Translations under genes and position numbers: made by a program
Notes under the pieces: generated by a model
The model's input: the letters and a program-made list of their open reading frames with translations, nothing else
Told to the model about the DNA's origin: nothing
Databases searched by the model: none
Shown: in pieces, positions 1 to 10,034 of the stretch
Layout: each line of letters opens with the position of its first letter
Numbering within the stretch: position 1 is the stretch's first letter
Origin: Nitrososphaeria archaeon
GTDB taxonomy: Archaea > Thermoproteota > Nitrososphaeria > Nitrososphaerales > JAAOZN01
Direction: 5' to 3'
Length of the DNA stretch: 64,000 nt
Assembly: GCA_029775855.1 (NCBI GenBank)
Contig: JARVJZ010000005.1
Span: 71,807-135,806 of the forward strand

Positions 1-501
1 GCTGTATTTTCAGCTGAGTTTACACCATCCCCTCTTTTGGATAGGGCTCTGGGTAAACGGATACTCGCTTGGTCTAAGGATCATTACTGTAGGATGATAG
101 TTACGATAGTCGGAAGACCAGTAGAGGAGACTACCTTTACTACAAGCACACACGACGTTATGGCTGTAGGAAGCACTGAGAGGGCTAGGAGGCTTATAGA
201 GGGTGCGGGGCTAGAGCAGATGAGGCTGGGCATGGTTACGGGCATACCTGGAACACTGCTTAACGAAGGTAGATGGGAGAATTACGATGTGGTTGCACTT
301 GTGGTTAAAGCTAGGGAGCATATCGCTGATGCAACAGCGGCGGTTAAGGCTCTTTCAGCATTTTGTAAGCTTGTGCCAGATATATCTATAGACCTCACAC
401 CCTTGGCTCAAGAAGCGGAGAAGATAGAGGCTAGGTTGAGGGTTATGAGGAAAGAGGTCGCTGCCGTTCAGCAACCCCTTGGAAGTGACATCTACAGGTG
501 A
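1..501 (+). CDS. PAC2-family (proteasome assembly chaperone-like) protein, 5'-truncated by window edge
   Basis: Frame is open from base 1 (AVFSAEFTPSP...). G.VTGIPG.LL, D.TAA and IDLTPL..EAEKIE motifs, plus an aromatic C-terminus (DIYR). Confidence 0.75.
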   Translation, partial: AVFSAEFTPSPLLDRALGKRILAWSKDHYCRMIVTIVGRPVEETTFTTSTHDVMAVGSTERARRLIEGAGLEQMRLGMVTGIPGTLLNEGRWENYDVVALVVKAREHIADATAAVKALSAFCKLVPDISIDLTPLAQEAEKIEARLRVMRKEVAAVQQPLGSDIYR

Positions 502-854
502 ATATGATGGCGGTTTTCCCAAAGTGGGCTGCTGAGGAGATATCTAAAGCTAATTTTACATATGTCGAGACGGTAAAGTACAGTGGTTATCCTCTTGACA
601 TAGATTCTGAGAAGAAGAGGGTAGATGTTCAGTTTTATGATAGGCTTCCTGATGGTAGGTATATCGCGACCTTGGATGTGCCTGACGCTAAGTTGTTGGA
701 TGGTGTGGAGAAGGCAGAAGTCTATATATTCAGCGTCAAAGTCTATGAAGCTAGCCTCAGCGATAGATTGAAGAAGCTTCTAAGTGAGGAATATGGGGTA
801 TCTATTGATAAGATGTATAAATTTGAACTCGAGTCTATAGAAAGGATGGATTAA
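498..854 (+). CDS. hypothetical protein
   Basis: 118-aa ORF coupled to both neighbours (GTGA overlap upstream, 1-nt gap downstream). No recognised family. Confidence 0.7.
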   Translation: MNMMAVFPKWAAEEISKANFTYVETVKYSGYPLDIDSEKKRVDVQFYDRLPDGRYIATLDVPDAKLLDGVEKAEVYIFSVKVYEASLSDRLKKLLSEEYGVSIDKMYKFELESIERMD

Positions 855-855
855 G

Positions 856-1140
856 TTGGTTTCAACCCCATATACTAGGGGTAGGAGCAGAGAATACGCT
901 GCACTTAAGATACTTAGAGAGGAGGGTTGGCTGTGTAGCAGAAGTGCAAAGTCTCACAGTCCAGTCGACATCTTTGCTGGTAAAGATGGTAGGTTGATTT
1001 TGATTCAGGTGAAGAGCGGCTCAGCTAAGGTTAGTAAGGGTGAATTATTAGAGTTGAGGGCTTGGGCTGAAGCTTTTGGTGGCGAAGCGGAGGTGTGGTT
1101 CTTTAAGAAGGGTGGTGAAGTAGTTAGAAAAAGGGCTTAG
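856..1140 (+). CDS. Hjc-like Holliday junction resolvase / PD-(D/E)xK nuclease
   Basis: RG..RE, S..S.SPVDIFA and LIQVK motifs. Confidence 0.7.
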   Translation: MVSTPYTRGRSREYAALKILREEGWLCSRSAKSHSPVDIFAGKDGRLILIQVKSGSAKVSKGELLELRAWAEAFGGEAEVWFFKKGGEVVRKRA

Positions 1141-1948
1141 TTAAGGCGCTGTAGAATTTCGGTCTCCTATCCTTGAAGATGTCGTTTAACTCAGTCAACT
1201 TTTTATTTCTTGCTAGCTCAAGGTTTATTTGCGCAGCTTTACATTCTACTTGGTCGTCTGAGGCTGATGCAAGAACCTCCATCTTAGGGCTTACGATCTG
1301 GCTTCTTCCGATGTATTTAAGATGATAGTTTCCTCGCTTCTCCTCTCCTACTCTATTCGCTGTTACAGTGTATATGTGGTTTTCAAATGAGCGGGCTAAC
1401 ATAGCTCTTTGGCAGTAGTAGGGTAGCACAAGATTCGAGGGATGAGCTATGATATCAGCACCCTTAAGAGCTAAAACCCTCCATATTTCTGGAAAGAGCC
1501 AATCAAAGCAGATCAGCACACCTAACTTCACACCTTCAACATCATAAACCTTAGGCATTAAGTCCCCTCTGTTGAACAAAATCTTTTCTCTGTTAAAGAG
1601 GTGTATCTTACGATATGAACCCACAAGCCTACCTTTGGAAACAATGACTGCACTGTTATAAACCGCATCTCCAGCCTTTTCAGCCAACCCTGCTACGATT
1701 GTCTTCTTCTGTCTACCAGATTCTTCTATAAGAGCTCTGCAAGTCTCCCCGTGAGGCACTTCTTCAGCAAAGCGTTTAACCTCTTCTCTATCGATAAAGG
1801 CGTAGCCTGTGTTGAAGAGTTCTGGAAACACAATTATATCTGCATCAGTGCTTCGAATTAGCGTTAAAGCGTCTTCCACATTAGATTCCACTTCGCCGAA
1901 TGTAGGATTCGTCTGGGCATATGCTAACTTTATGACTCTCTCAACCAA
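1124..1948 (-). CDS. carbon-nitrogen hydrolase (nitrilase superfamily)
   Basis: E-K-C triad motifs FPELF, YRKIHLF and ICFDW.FPE. Confidence 0.9.
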   Translation of the reverse strand: MVERVIKLAYAQTNPTFGEVESNVEDALTLIRSTDADIIVFPELFNTGYAFIDREEVKRFAEEVPHGETCRALIEESGRQKKTIVAGLAEKAGDAVYNSAVIVSKGRLVGSYRKIHLFNREKILFNRGDLMPKVYDVEGVKLGVLICFDWLFPEIWRVLALKGADIIAHPSNLVLPYYCQRAMLARSFENHIYTVTANRVGEEKRGNYHLKYIGRSQIVSPKMEVLASASDDQVECKAAQINLELARNKKLTELNDIFKDRRPKFYSALTKPFF

Positions 1949-1954
1949 AGTAGT

Positions 1955-2332
1955 TCAGCCTTTTTCTATCAGCTCAATCCAGATTCCATTAGGGTCTTTT
2001 ATGAAGGCTAGGCGCTTACTTCCGCCTTTTAGCATATAGGGTTCTTTTGCTACTTCAACCCCTTCATTCTTCATCTTCTTGATTGTTGTGTCTAAGTCTT
2101 CTACTTCGAAGGCGAGATGGTCAAGTTGGTCACCTTCTTCATAGCTCTTCTTATCCCGCCAATATGTCAACTCAAGCTCTGTGCTATGTGCCTCATCTGT
2201 TAGAAAGGCTACTTCAGCATTATTTTCCGGAATCTCTCTGCGCCTAAGCAGTTTAAGCCCAAGACGCTTTGTGTAGAAGGTGATAGTTGCATCCATATTC
2301 TTGACAGTTATTGAAGTGTGCAGGAACTTCAT
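1955..2332 (-). CDS. VOC-family / lactoylglutathione lyase-like protein
   Basis: FLHTSI.V, LELTY, DHLAFEV and FIKDPNG.WIEL motifs. Confidence 0.85.
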   Translation of the reverse strand: MKFLHTSITVKNMDATITFYTKRLGLKLLRRREIPENNAEVAFLTDEAHSTELELTYWRDKKSYEEGDQLDHLAFEVEDLDTTIKKMKNEGVEVAKEPYMLKGGSKRLAFIKDPNGIWIELIEKG

Positions 2333-2572
2333 CTTAAATTAAGATAGGAAATTCTCTACACATAAACTTTATCCTCAACCTTCGATTATCTTTGCATTTA
2401 CTAGATTTTTATTTGCCTAGTCGTAAAATACCTATAGAAGTCTTGAGTTCAGATTAGATATACAACATTGTTCAAATGCAAGAATCTAATTTTCAAAATC
2501 ATATCTCTAGTATTAGTTAAAGAAGTTAAACTTTAAGTATGGTTTCTGCACATAATTAACTAGGCGGCTTCG

Positions 2573-2863
2573 ATGGCGGGTCAAAAGACCAAGATATTTG
2601 ATTATACCGCTTACTCTCTTCCAACCGAAGGTTCTGCAGGGTTTACCGGAAGCTGGAGGTCTAAAAGACCTGTTATAGTCGATGCTAAGTGCACGAAGTG
2701 CAATTTATGCTGGCTCTACTGCCCAGAAGGCACGATAATCAGAGTTAAAGGTAAAATCCCAATAATAGATCTAACTTACTGCAAGGGTTGCGGCGTCTGT
2801 GCAAACGAGTGCCCCAGCAAAGCCATAAATATGGAGGATGAATCCAAGTGGCTGAGCAAATAG
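2573..2863 (+). CDS. porD: 2-oxoacid:ferredoxin oxidoreductase delta subunit
   Basis: TGSWR..RP motif and two CxxCxxCxxxCP 4Fe-4S motifs. Confidence 0.9.
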   Translation: MAGQKTKIFDYTAYSLPTEGSAGFTGSWRSKRPVIVDAKCTKCNLCWLYCPEGTIIRVKGKIPIIDLTYCKGCGVCANECPSKAINMEDESKWLSK

Positions 2864-4014
2864 AGGTCTTAACAGGAAACGCAGCAGCAGCATACGCCGT
2901 AAAACTCGCCAAGGCTCAAGTCATTGCAGCATACCCAATTACACCACAAACCACATTAGTAGAAAGAATAGCAGACTTCATAACAAAAGGTGAGTTAAAA
3001 GCAGAATATATCAAAGTAGAATCTGAACACTCAGCATTAGCAGCGTGCATAGGCGCATCTCTCGGTGGAGCTAGAGCATTCACAGCGACATCTGCTCAAG
3101 GGCTTCTACTCATGCAGGAGATGCTCTTTTGGGCTGCATATGGTAGGACGCCTATGGTTATGGCTGTAGTCACTAGGGCTATTGCGCCTCCTTGGAATAT
3201 GTGGTCTGAGCATACCGATGCTTTGTCTCAGAGGGATAGTGGTTGGATACAGATCTTCTGTCATAACAATCAAGAGGTGCTTGATACAGTTATTCAAGCG
3301 TATAAGATATCTGAGGATAAGCGTGTTATGCTTCCGGTGATGGTGTGTTTTGACGGCTTTGAGATTTCACATACTTCTGAGAATGTTAAGGTTCCTGAGC
3401 AGCGGGATGTAGATGACTTTCTGCCTTCTTATGACAACGACCTAATAGATCCTGAGAAACCTAAGCTTCTGTGGAATGGTGTGTATCCTGATGATGCGTT
3501 CAAATTTAAGATGCTCTTCTCTGAGGCTGCGCAGAAAAGTAAAGATGTAATAGATGAAGTGCATAAGGAGTTCGACTTAAGATTTGGAAGAAGATATAGT
3601 GCAATAGAGGTTTACGGTAATCCAGACTCCGAAATAATCTTGATCGCTATGGGCTCAGTAGCTTCTTCAGCAAAAGCGGCTGTAGATGTCTTGAATAAAG
3701 AAGGTCTACCTATAGGCTTGATAAGAATAAGGCTCTTCAGACCCTTCCCCACGAACGAACTCCAAAAGGCAGTGGAGAGAGCAGAAGCCATCGTCGTGCT
3801 CGACCGAAGCCTATCTTTCACACGCGGAATCTTAAGCACAGAGGTCGCAGCGGCGCTTTACAACGCTAAGCGGAGACCAACGCTCTTCGAATATATAACT
3901 GGGTTAGGTGGTGCAGTAGTAAGCCATAGATCGATAGTTGAAGCGGTAAAACACTTACTTCCCAAGATCCGCGAACAGCCTAAAGGTGTGTTATGGATGA
4001 AAGCGGGAGGCTGA
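2848..4014 (+). CDS. porA: 2-oxoacid:ferredoxin oxidoreductase alpha subunit
   Basis: AYPITPQT, VESEHSA, TATSAQG and RLFRPFP motifs. Confidence 0.92.
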   Translation: MAEQIEVLTGNAAAAYAVKLAKAQVIAAYPITPQTTLVERIADFITKGELKAEYIKVESEHSALAACIGASLGGARAFTATSAQGLLLMQEMLFWAAYGRTPMVMAVVTRAIAPPWNMWSEHTDALSQRDSGWIQIFCHNNQEVLDTVIQAYKISEDKRVMLPVMVCFDGFEISHTSENVKVPEQRDVDDFLPSYDNDLIDPEKPKLLWNGVYPDDAFKFKMLFSEAAQKSKDVIDEVHKEFDLRFGRRYSAIEVYGNPDSEIILIAMGSVASSAKAAVDVLNKEGLPIGLIRIRLFRPFPTNELQKAVERAEAIVVLDRSLSFTRGILSTEVAAALYNAKRRPTLFEYITGLGGAVVSHRSIVEAVKHLLPKIREQPKGVLWMKAGG

Positions 4015-4021
4015 AATCAAA

Positions 4022-4915
4022 ATGGTCACTATAAACGAGCTTACAGACGACGAGTTCCTGTTAAAGGGGAACTCTTCATGCGCAGGCTGCGGCGCTACAA
4101 TGGCTATAAGGTGGGTGCTGAAGATCTTAGGTAAGAACACAGTTCTCGTAATGCCAGCTGGATGTGTCAGCGTCTTCCAAGGCATGTTTCCAGCAAGCGC
4201 CTTTGGGGTTCCTGTAATAGATTCAAGTTTCGGTGCTCAGTCATCGATATCAGCGGGTTTAGCTGCTGCGTATAAGGTCAAAGGTAAGAAGATTAACATA
4301 GTTACGCTAGCTGGCGACGGAGGCACAGGAGACATAGGTTTACACGCAGTGTCGGCAGCTGCGGAAAGAGGTGATGATGTGCTATACATATGTTATGATA
4401 ATGAAGCGTATATGAACACAGGAGTTCAAAGAAGCAGCCTTACACCTTACGGCGCGAAGACTGGCACAAACCCAGAAGGTAAGATGGAGTGGAAGAAGAA
4501 CCTACCTCTCATAATGGCTGCACACAACATAACTTATGTTGCAACAGCATCAGTAGGTTTCCCATTCGACTTGATGCGTAAAGTAAAGAAGGCAGCATCA
4601 CTATCAGGATTCAGATACATACATATCCTAACACCTTGCCCACCCGGCTGGGGAACTGCTGAAAACCTTGCTGCTGAGTTGGGTAGGCTTGCTGTGAGAT
4701 GCGGCATCTTCCCTCTGTTTGAAGTGGAGAAAGGTAAGCTAACCCTACATAAGGTGAGCTCAAGACTCCCAGTATCAAAATATTTTGAGGTTCAAAGGAG
4801 GTTCGAAGGGCTTACAGAAGAGCAGCTAAAATATATTCAGAGCAGAGTTGACGAAGAGTTAGCATATTTAGAGCAGCTGGAGAAGATTACATCAAAGGTG
4901 AGTAAAGCTGAATAA
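4022..4915 (+). CDS. porB: 2-oxoacid:ferredoxin oxidoreductase beta subunit (TPP-binding)
   Basis: CAGCG, GDGG..DIG, YDNEAYMNTG.Q and PCP.GW motifs. Confidence 0.92.
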   Translation: MVTINELTDDEFLLKGNSSCAGCGATMAIRWVLKILGKNTVLVMPAGCVSVFQGMFPASAFGVPVIDSSFGAQSSISAGLAAAYKVKGKKINIVTLAGDGGTGDIGLHAVSAAAERGDDVLYICYDNEAYMNTGVQRSSLTPYGAKTGTNPEGKMEWKKNLPLIMAAHNITYVATASVGFPFDLMRKVKKAASLSGFRYIHILTPCPPGWGTAENLAAELGRLAVRCGIFPLFEVEKGKLTLHKVSSRLPVSKYFEVQRRFEGLTEEQLKYIQSRVDEELAYLEQLEKITSKVSKAE

Positions 4916-4916
4916 G

Positions 4917-5474
4917 TTGATTGAACTCAGATTCCACGGCAGAGGGGGGCAAGGAGTAGCTACAGCCGCTGAACTCTTCGTCAGAGCTGCGGCATACGAA
5001 AATTGGTTCGTTCAATCAACACCATTCTTCGGTGCTGAAAGACGGGGTGCACTGGTTGTAGCCTATGCTAGGGCATCAGATAGCCCCATATGGCTGCGCG
5101 AACCCGTGTATAATCCAGATATTCTAGTCGTATTTGATCAAAGAGCGCTTTCTGAAGCAGGGGTGCTTGATGGTTTGAAGGCGAGGGGTAAGATATTAGT
5201 TAACTCCACTCAGAGGCCAGAAGATGTTAAGCCTAATATCGATGGTGATTTTCAAGTGTTTACAGTGGATGCAACTGGTATATCGATGAAGCATCTAAAG
5301 AGACCTACAGTAAACACAACTCTTTTAGGAGCGCTCGCCTCTATTACAGACTTGATATCTCTGGAAGCCCTTAGGCGTGCGATTCTATACCGCTTCCCCA
5401 AGATCGACATAGAGGCTACTATGAAAGCGGTGGATGAAGCCGCCACTACTGTAGTAGGCACATATTTATCCTAA
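4917..5474 (+). CDS. porG: 2-oxoacid:ferredoxin oxidoreductase gamma subunit
   Basis: RFHGRGGQG and FGAERRGA motifs. Confidence 0.9.
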   Translation: MIELRFHGRGGQGVATAAELFVRAAAYENWFVQSTPFFGAERRGALVVAYARASDSPIWLREPVYNPDILVVFDQRALSEAGVLDGLKARGKILVNSTQRPEDVKPNIDGDFQVFTVDATGISMKHLKRPTVNTTLLGALASITDLISLEALRRAILYRFPKIDIEATMKAVDEAATTVVGTYLS

Positions 5475-5493
5475 TTCAATTTAGGGTTATAGT

Positions 5494-6675
5494 GTGGAGA
5501 CTTTGGATGTTGATAGAGTAGCGGCTAGAGTTAGGGGCGTCGAACTCTCTGGTATAAGGGTTATATTTGATATGGCGGCAAAGATGCCTGATGTTATTCG
5601 ACTTGAAGCCGGAGAGCCAGACTTCAAGACCCCACAGCACATATGTGAAGCAGCACAAAAGGCTATGAAAGAAGGAAGAACACGCTACACGACGAGCCGA
5701 GGCATACCAGAGTTAAGGGCAGCTATAGCGTCAAAAGCTAAAAAAGAGAATAATATAGATGCCGACCCAGATGAAGAAATCGTAGTCACAGCAGGAGGCT
5801 CTTGCGCAGTCTACCTAGCCATAAACACAGTCGTAGAGGAAGGAGATGAAGTGTTAATTCCAGACCCAACTTGGCCGCACTACGAAGCCTGTGTGAAACT
5901 CGCTGGAGGAAGACCTTTAACCTACCCTCTGAAAGAGGAACTTGGCTTCAGCTTTGACATAGATGAGATAAAGAAGATGATAACAGATAGAACAAAGATG
6001 ATAGTTGTGGCTACGCCAAGTAACCCCACTGGCGGCGTTATCCCTCTGAAGGATCTAAAGGCATTAGCTGATGTAGCCATAAACCACGACATCTTGATAC
6101 TCTCAGATGAAGTTTATGAGAAGATAGTTTACGATGGAGAAAAGCACTACAGCATCGCGTCACTATCTGGAATGAAAGATAGGTGCATAACTGTAAACTC
6201 GTTTTCAAAGACATATGCTATGACAGGGTGGAGGCTAGGCTACGCTATAGCCCCAAAAGATATAGCTACAAATATGGCTAAGCTTAACCTGTTTGTCAAC
6301 TCTTGCCCAAGCTCAGTCTCACAAGAGGCTGGGTTAGCGGCGCTAACGGGTCCTCAAGATGATGTGGTAATGATGCTTAACGAATACTCGAAGAGAAGGC
6401 GTGTAATCGTGGATGGATTAAGTAGAATAGAGGGCTTCACAATTAACCCTCCAAAAGGAGCTTTTTACGCTTTCCCAAAAATCTCCAAGTTGAATTATTC
6501 TTCTTGGGACCTTTGTATGCTCTTATTGAAAGAAGGGAGGGTTGCAACAGTTCCCGGTTCCGCCTTCGGCGCTTGTGGTGAAGGATATATCAGAATCTCG
6601 TATGCTAACTCGGTTGAGAAGATCAAAGAGGCAATCTCTAGAATTGAAGAAACGCTTTCTAAGATCCGTCGATAG
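5494..6675 (+). CDS. class I PLP-dependent aminotransferase (aspartate/aromatic type)
   Basis: GEPDF, P.NPTG, SDEVYE and SFSKTYAMTGWRLGY motifs. Confidence 0.93.
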   Translation: METLDVDRVAARVRGVELSGIRVIFDMAAKMPDVIRLEAGEPDFKTPQHICEAAQKAMKEGRTRYTTSRGIPELRAAIASKAKKENNIDADPDEEIVVTAGGSCAVYLAINTVVEEGDEVLIPDPTWPHYEACVKLAGGRPLTYPLKEELGFSFDIDEIKKMITDRTKMIVVATPSNPTGGVIPLKDLKALADVAINHDILILSDEVYEKIVYDGEKHYSIASLSGMKDRCITVNSFSKTYAMTGWRLGYAIAPKDIATNMAKLNLFVNSCPSSVSQEAGLAALTGPQDDVVMMLNEYSKRRRVIVDGLSRIEGFTINPPKGAFYAFPKISKLNYSSWDLCMLLLKEGRVATVPGSAFGACGEGYIRISYANSVEKIKEAISRIEETLSKIRR

Positions 6676-7861
6676 TTCTGCCTTTTTTGTTTAACAGCCC
6701 TTCAATTTGTTTAAAGAGCGCCTTAACTTCATTTGACGCTATGATGGAAAAGAGCTTTACTATACCCTCCACGCCTAAGAGCTGTCTTATCGACTTTGAG
6801 TGCCTATCGAAGTCGCCTTCCTCAAATATGCTGTTAAGCACCTCTTTCTTCCTAAGCAGGTTGAAGATCTTCTCTAAGCTTTTGTTATCCAACTTTTCGA
6901 ATAATCTCCGCGCGTATAATGTGGTTCTGATATCATCCTCAAGTAGGCTGAGCCACCTTTGACTATACCTTTGAAGCGCTTCCTCTTCGCCATCTAAAAT
7001 GTAGGCTGCGGCAGCTTGGCCAGACAACACTCCGCCTAAGCCGCCCAAGTATATGCCACCTCCCGTAGATGGCTTTGTCTGACCAGCACTATCTCCAACA
7101 AGCATAATTCTACCATTAACGAACTTCTCCACCGGGCCGCCGACATAAATCGGCGCTGAAACCTTTTTTGTGGGATAACCACCTCTACGCTTTAAGAATT
7201 CATCTAAGGTGGAGAAGCAGTTTATAGAGCGCCCAGCAACCCCAAGTTTTGCTGTATCTCTACTTGTTGGTATGACCCATAGGAAGAAGCCGGGATATCT
7301 TAGGTTATCTAAATATATTTCTACCGTGTCTTGGTTTATCCATTCTGCTTCTATGTCATATCTTGCGGCTGGGAGGAGTGAATTCTGCTTCTCTGGTGGT
7401 AGGGCTGTTGTGCCTCTTGCATCTATATAGACCTTCGAATTAAAGGTTTGTTTAGCCTTTACCTCAACATAGCCTTCCTTTTCAACCGCTTGATAGACTC
7501 TTTCTCCAAGATACAGTTCAGCTCCCCTTGACAGAGCTGTTTTGGCGAGCTCTTTGTCGAATATGCTCCTATGTAAGACGATGATGTTCTGCTTGGATAT
7601 ATCTGCTTCGAGCGGCTTTCCATTTGGAGGATATATTAGAACTCTTTTTACGGTGTTCTGCACAGCTCTGCTCGATGGGATAACACCGAGTTCCATGAGC
7701 GCTTTCATACTTACAAGCCCATCGCATCTCTCTGGAACACCTATTTCTAGATCTTCTTCAAGCACAGCGACGCACAACCCTTTTGAAGCCGCTTCTCTGG
7801 CAGATAATAGCCCAGCCAAACCTCCGCCAGCTATAATCACATCATAGTCCAGTGTCTCCAT
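6659..7861 (-). CDS. geranylgeranyl reductase-family FAD oxidoreductase
   Basis: GGGLAG dinucleotide fold, P..C.GL and VGDSAGQTKP.TGGGI motifs. Confidence 0.85.
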   Translation of the reverse strand: METLDYDVIIAGGGLAGLLSAREAASKGLCVAVLEEDLEIGVPERCDGLVSMKALMELGVIPSSRAVQNTVKRVLIYPPNGKPLEADISKQNIIVLHRSIFDKELAKTALSRGAELYLGERVYQAVEKEGYVEVKAKQTFNSKVYIDARGTTALPPEKQNSLLPAARYDIEAEWINQDTVEIYLDNLRYPGFFLWVIPTSRDTAKLGVAGRSINCFSTLDEFLKRRGGYPTKKVSAPIYVGGPVEKFVNGRIMLVGDSAGQTKPSTGGGIYLGGLGGVLSGQAAAAYILDGEEEALQRYSQRWLSLLEDDIRTTLYARRLFEKLDNKSLEKIFNLLRKKEVLNSIFEEGDFDRHSKSIRQLLGVEGIVKLFSIIASNEVKALFKQIEGLLNKKGRTIDGS

Positions 7862-7906
7862 TGTTTAACCAAAGGCTTATTCGATAGAGCGCATAAATAC
7901 TCTCCT

Positions 7907-8272
7907 ATGGCAAGCCGTTGGGACTATAAGCAAGCGATAGTAGTTAGGACAGATCTTAAGATGGGTAAGGGTAAGATTGCTGTTCAAGCCGCGCACGCAT
8001 CTATCTTGGCTGCCGAGGAAGCAAGGCTACAGAAGCCCCAATGGCATCGAGCTTGGCTAGATAGTGGGATGGCGAAGATAGCCTTAAAGATCCCTTCACT
8101 AACCGAGCTTAAGATGCTGGAGAAAGAGGCTAAGGAAAACGACTTACCCGTAGCGACTGTAGAAGACAGAGGCCTAACACAAATACCACCAGGCACTATA
8201 ACCTGCTTAGCCATAGGTCCAGCGCCGGCACAGAAAGTTGATTCTATTACTGGTAGGTTAAAGCTACTATAA
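7907..8272 (+). CDS. pth2: peptidyl-tRNA hydrolase Pth2
   Basis: KQ.IVVRTDLKMGKGKIAVQ.AHA and D.GLTQIPPGT.TCL.IGP motifs. Confidence 0.95.
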   Translation: MASRWDYKQAIVVRTDLKMGKGKIAVQAAHASILAAEEARLQKPQWHRAWLDSGMAKIALKIPSLTELKMLEKEAKENDLPVATVEDRGLTQIPPGTITCLAIGPAPAQKVDSITGRLKLL

Positions 8273-8274
8273 CC

Positions 8275-9549
8275 TTGCAGCCTCCCCCTCTTGACAGAAG
8301 CATAGGAATGATGGTGTATGCAACGCCACATGAAGGAGTAGGGGGTAGGCTGCGTGTTGAGTTAGAAGATTTTTTCGTTGAAGAGATCTTAGATGGCGTT
8401 GTATTTAGACATCTTTCTAACGATCCTCAGAAGCAGAATTCGTTTACGCTCTACACATTAACTAAGGAGGGATTAGATACTCTACACGCTTCGGAGGTTA
8501 TCAAAAGAAAGTTTGGCGTTAGAGTTAAGTATCTTGGCATCAAGGATGCGAGAGCAGTCACAACTCAATATATCACTATACCTTCGTCAGCAGGATGTCT
8601 TAGAGAAAAGGTTTCGGATAAAATCACGGTTAGAAAACTAGGCTACCTAACTTACCCTCTAAACCGCAACCACCTCCTTGGAAATCGGTTCAAGATCAAT
8701 GTTAGAGATGTGATTAAGGCTGAAAATCTTGATAAAATCCTTGACGCATTGGGGGAGCACGGTGTGCCTAATTTTTTCGGTTATCAGCGTTTCGGCTCAA
8801 GAAGACCCGTTTCGCATCTTATAGGAAGAGCCTTGGTTAAAAGAAGATTCGAAGAAGCGGTCGAACTGCTTCTATCATACACTACGGGTGAAGAGGATCT
8901 AGAGGTGCAGCGGCTAAGAAGACTGCTAAGCGAAGAACCTAGCGTAGTGGATATCGAATCTCTTCCACCTCTGATGGATATAGAGAAGACCGTTTTAAGA
9001 GAGTTGAAGAAGAGCCCTACGGATTATGTTAAGGCTGTTAAAGCGCTACCCCTTCGTATAACTAGACTTTTTGTAAATGCTTACCAATCCTACATCTTTA
9101 ATAAGACTCTAAGCGCAGCTATCGAAGATGGTGTGAATTTATCTTCAATACAACCCTCAGACCTTTACGCAGAGTTTGCTGGGTTGAAGATGGGTGAAGT
9201 TAAGAAGGCTGACTGTAAAATTTCGTTAGATAATTCAAAGAAGCCTCTGCTACTATGCCCAATTGTAGGCTATCGCTACAGAGAAGAAAGATCTGGCAGA
9301 TTCAGAAGATATGTTTCTGAAATTCTTTCAGACGAAGGCTTGTCTCCTCGAAGCTTCTACATAGATGAAATACCTGAGTTGAGTGTAGAAGGCGACCTAC
9401 GACCAGCAACTATTCCCATAGAATCATTCGGCGCTAAATTCGATGGGGGTATGCTGTCCATCGAGGCTACGCTAAGTAAGGGATGCTACATAACATCGCT
9501 CTTAAGAGAAATCATCAAGCCAGCAGACCCTGTTAACGCAGGCTTTTAG
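8275..9549 (+). CDS. truD: tRNA pseudouridine(13) synthase TruD
   Basis: EDF.VEE, G.KD.RAVT.Q, GN.F.I and PNFFG.QRFG motifs. Confidence 0.93.
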   Translation: MQPPPLDRSIGMMVYATPHEGVGGRLRVELEDFFVEEILDGVVFRHLSNDPQKQNSFTLYTLTKEGLDTLHASEVIKRKFGVRVKYLGIKDARAVTTQYITIPSSAGCLREKVSDKITVRKLGYLTYPLNRNHLLGNRFKINVRDVIKAENLDKILDALGEHGVPNFFGYQRFGSRRPVSHLIGRALVKRRFEEAVELLLSYTTGEEDLEVQRLRRLLSEEPSVVDIESLPPLMDIEKTVLRELKKSPTDYVKAVKALPLRITRLFVNAYQSYIFNKTLSAAIEDGVNLSSIQPSDLYAEFAGLKMGEVKKADCKISLDNSKKPLLLCPIVGYRYREERSGRFRRYVSEILSDEGLSPRSFYIDEIPELSVEGDLRPATIPIESFGAKFDGGMLSIEATLSKGCYITSLLREIIKPADPVNAGF

Positions 9550-9995
9550 CCGCTAACTACCTTACCTATGTTAACATCACTCTTCACAGCTGGATGTGTT
9601 GGGTCAACCATTATAACCTCATACCATCGATACTTCCCATCCTCGTATAGCAGATAAGAGCCGAGCACCTTAAGGTTTGGGTAACGCCGCACAGCCCTAT
9701 TTTCAGCTATCCTTTGGCTGTTTATCGCGCGCTTAATCTTAACTACACCAAGATGCTTCGGTCTTCTACCCGCTCTTGGGCGTATACGCACTCTTCCCCC
9801 ACGACCCACTCTAACCCTAACAACAACGAAACCTTGCTTCGCTTTATAACCTAGACTTCTAGCTCTATGCAGCTTAGTAGGCTTCTCCAACCTAACTATA
9901 GCCCGCTCCTTCCTCCACTCTATAGCACGCTGCCTTAGAGTTTCCGGCTTCTCCTTGTAGATCTTCTGCCAAGTTTCCGCTAAATGTCTATACAT
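9546..9995 (-). CDS. rpl15e: 50S ribosomal protein eL15 (short form)
   Basis: [19 protein letters not shown] and WYEVI.VDP.HP motifs. Confidence 0.95.
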   Translation of the reverse strand: MYRHLAETWQKIYKEKPETLRQRAIEWRKERAIVRLEKPTKLHRARSLGYKAKQGFVVVRVRVGRGGRVRIRPRAGRRPKHLGVVKIKRAINSQRIAENRAVRRYPNLKVLGSYLLYEDGKYRWYEVIMVDPTHPAVKSDVNIGKVVSG

Positions 9996-10034
9996 CAGCG
10001 CTCATACGACTGGCTCAAACATACACACTTAAAC

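Noticed and set aside
2333-2572. 240-bp AT-rich gap as a possible ncRNA or replication origin
   Set aside because: No tRNA fold, C/D boxes or ORB-like repeats seen; adequately explained as divergent promoters.
5494-7861. Convergent aminotransferase and reductase both start METLD, forming an imperfect inverted repeat like mobile-element ends
   Set aside because: Short, mismatched at the DNA level, inside housekeeping genes, with no transposase or target duplication; likely coincidence.
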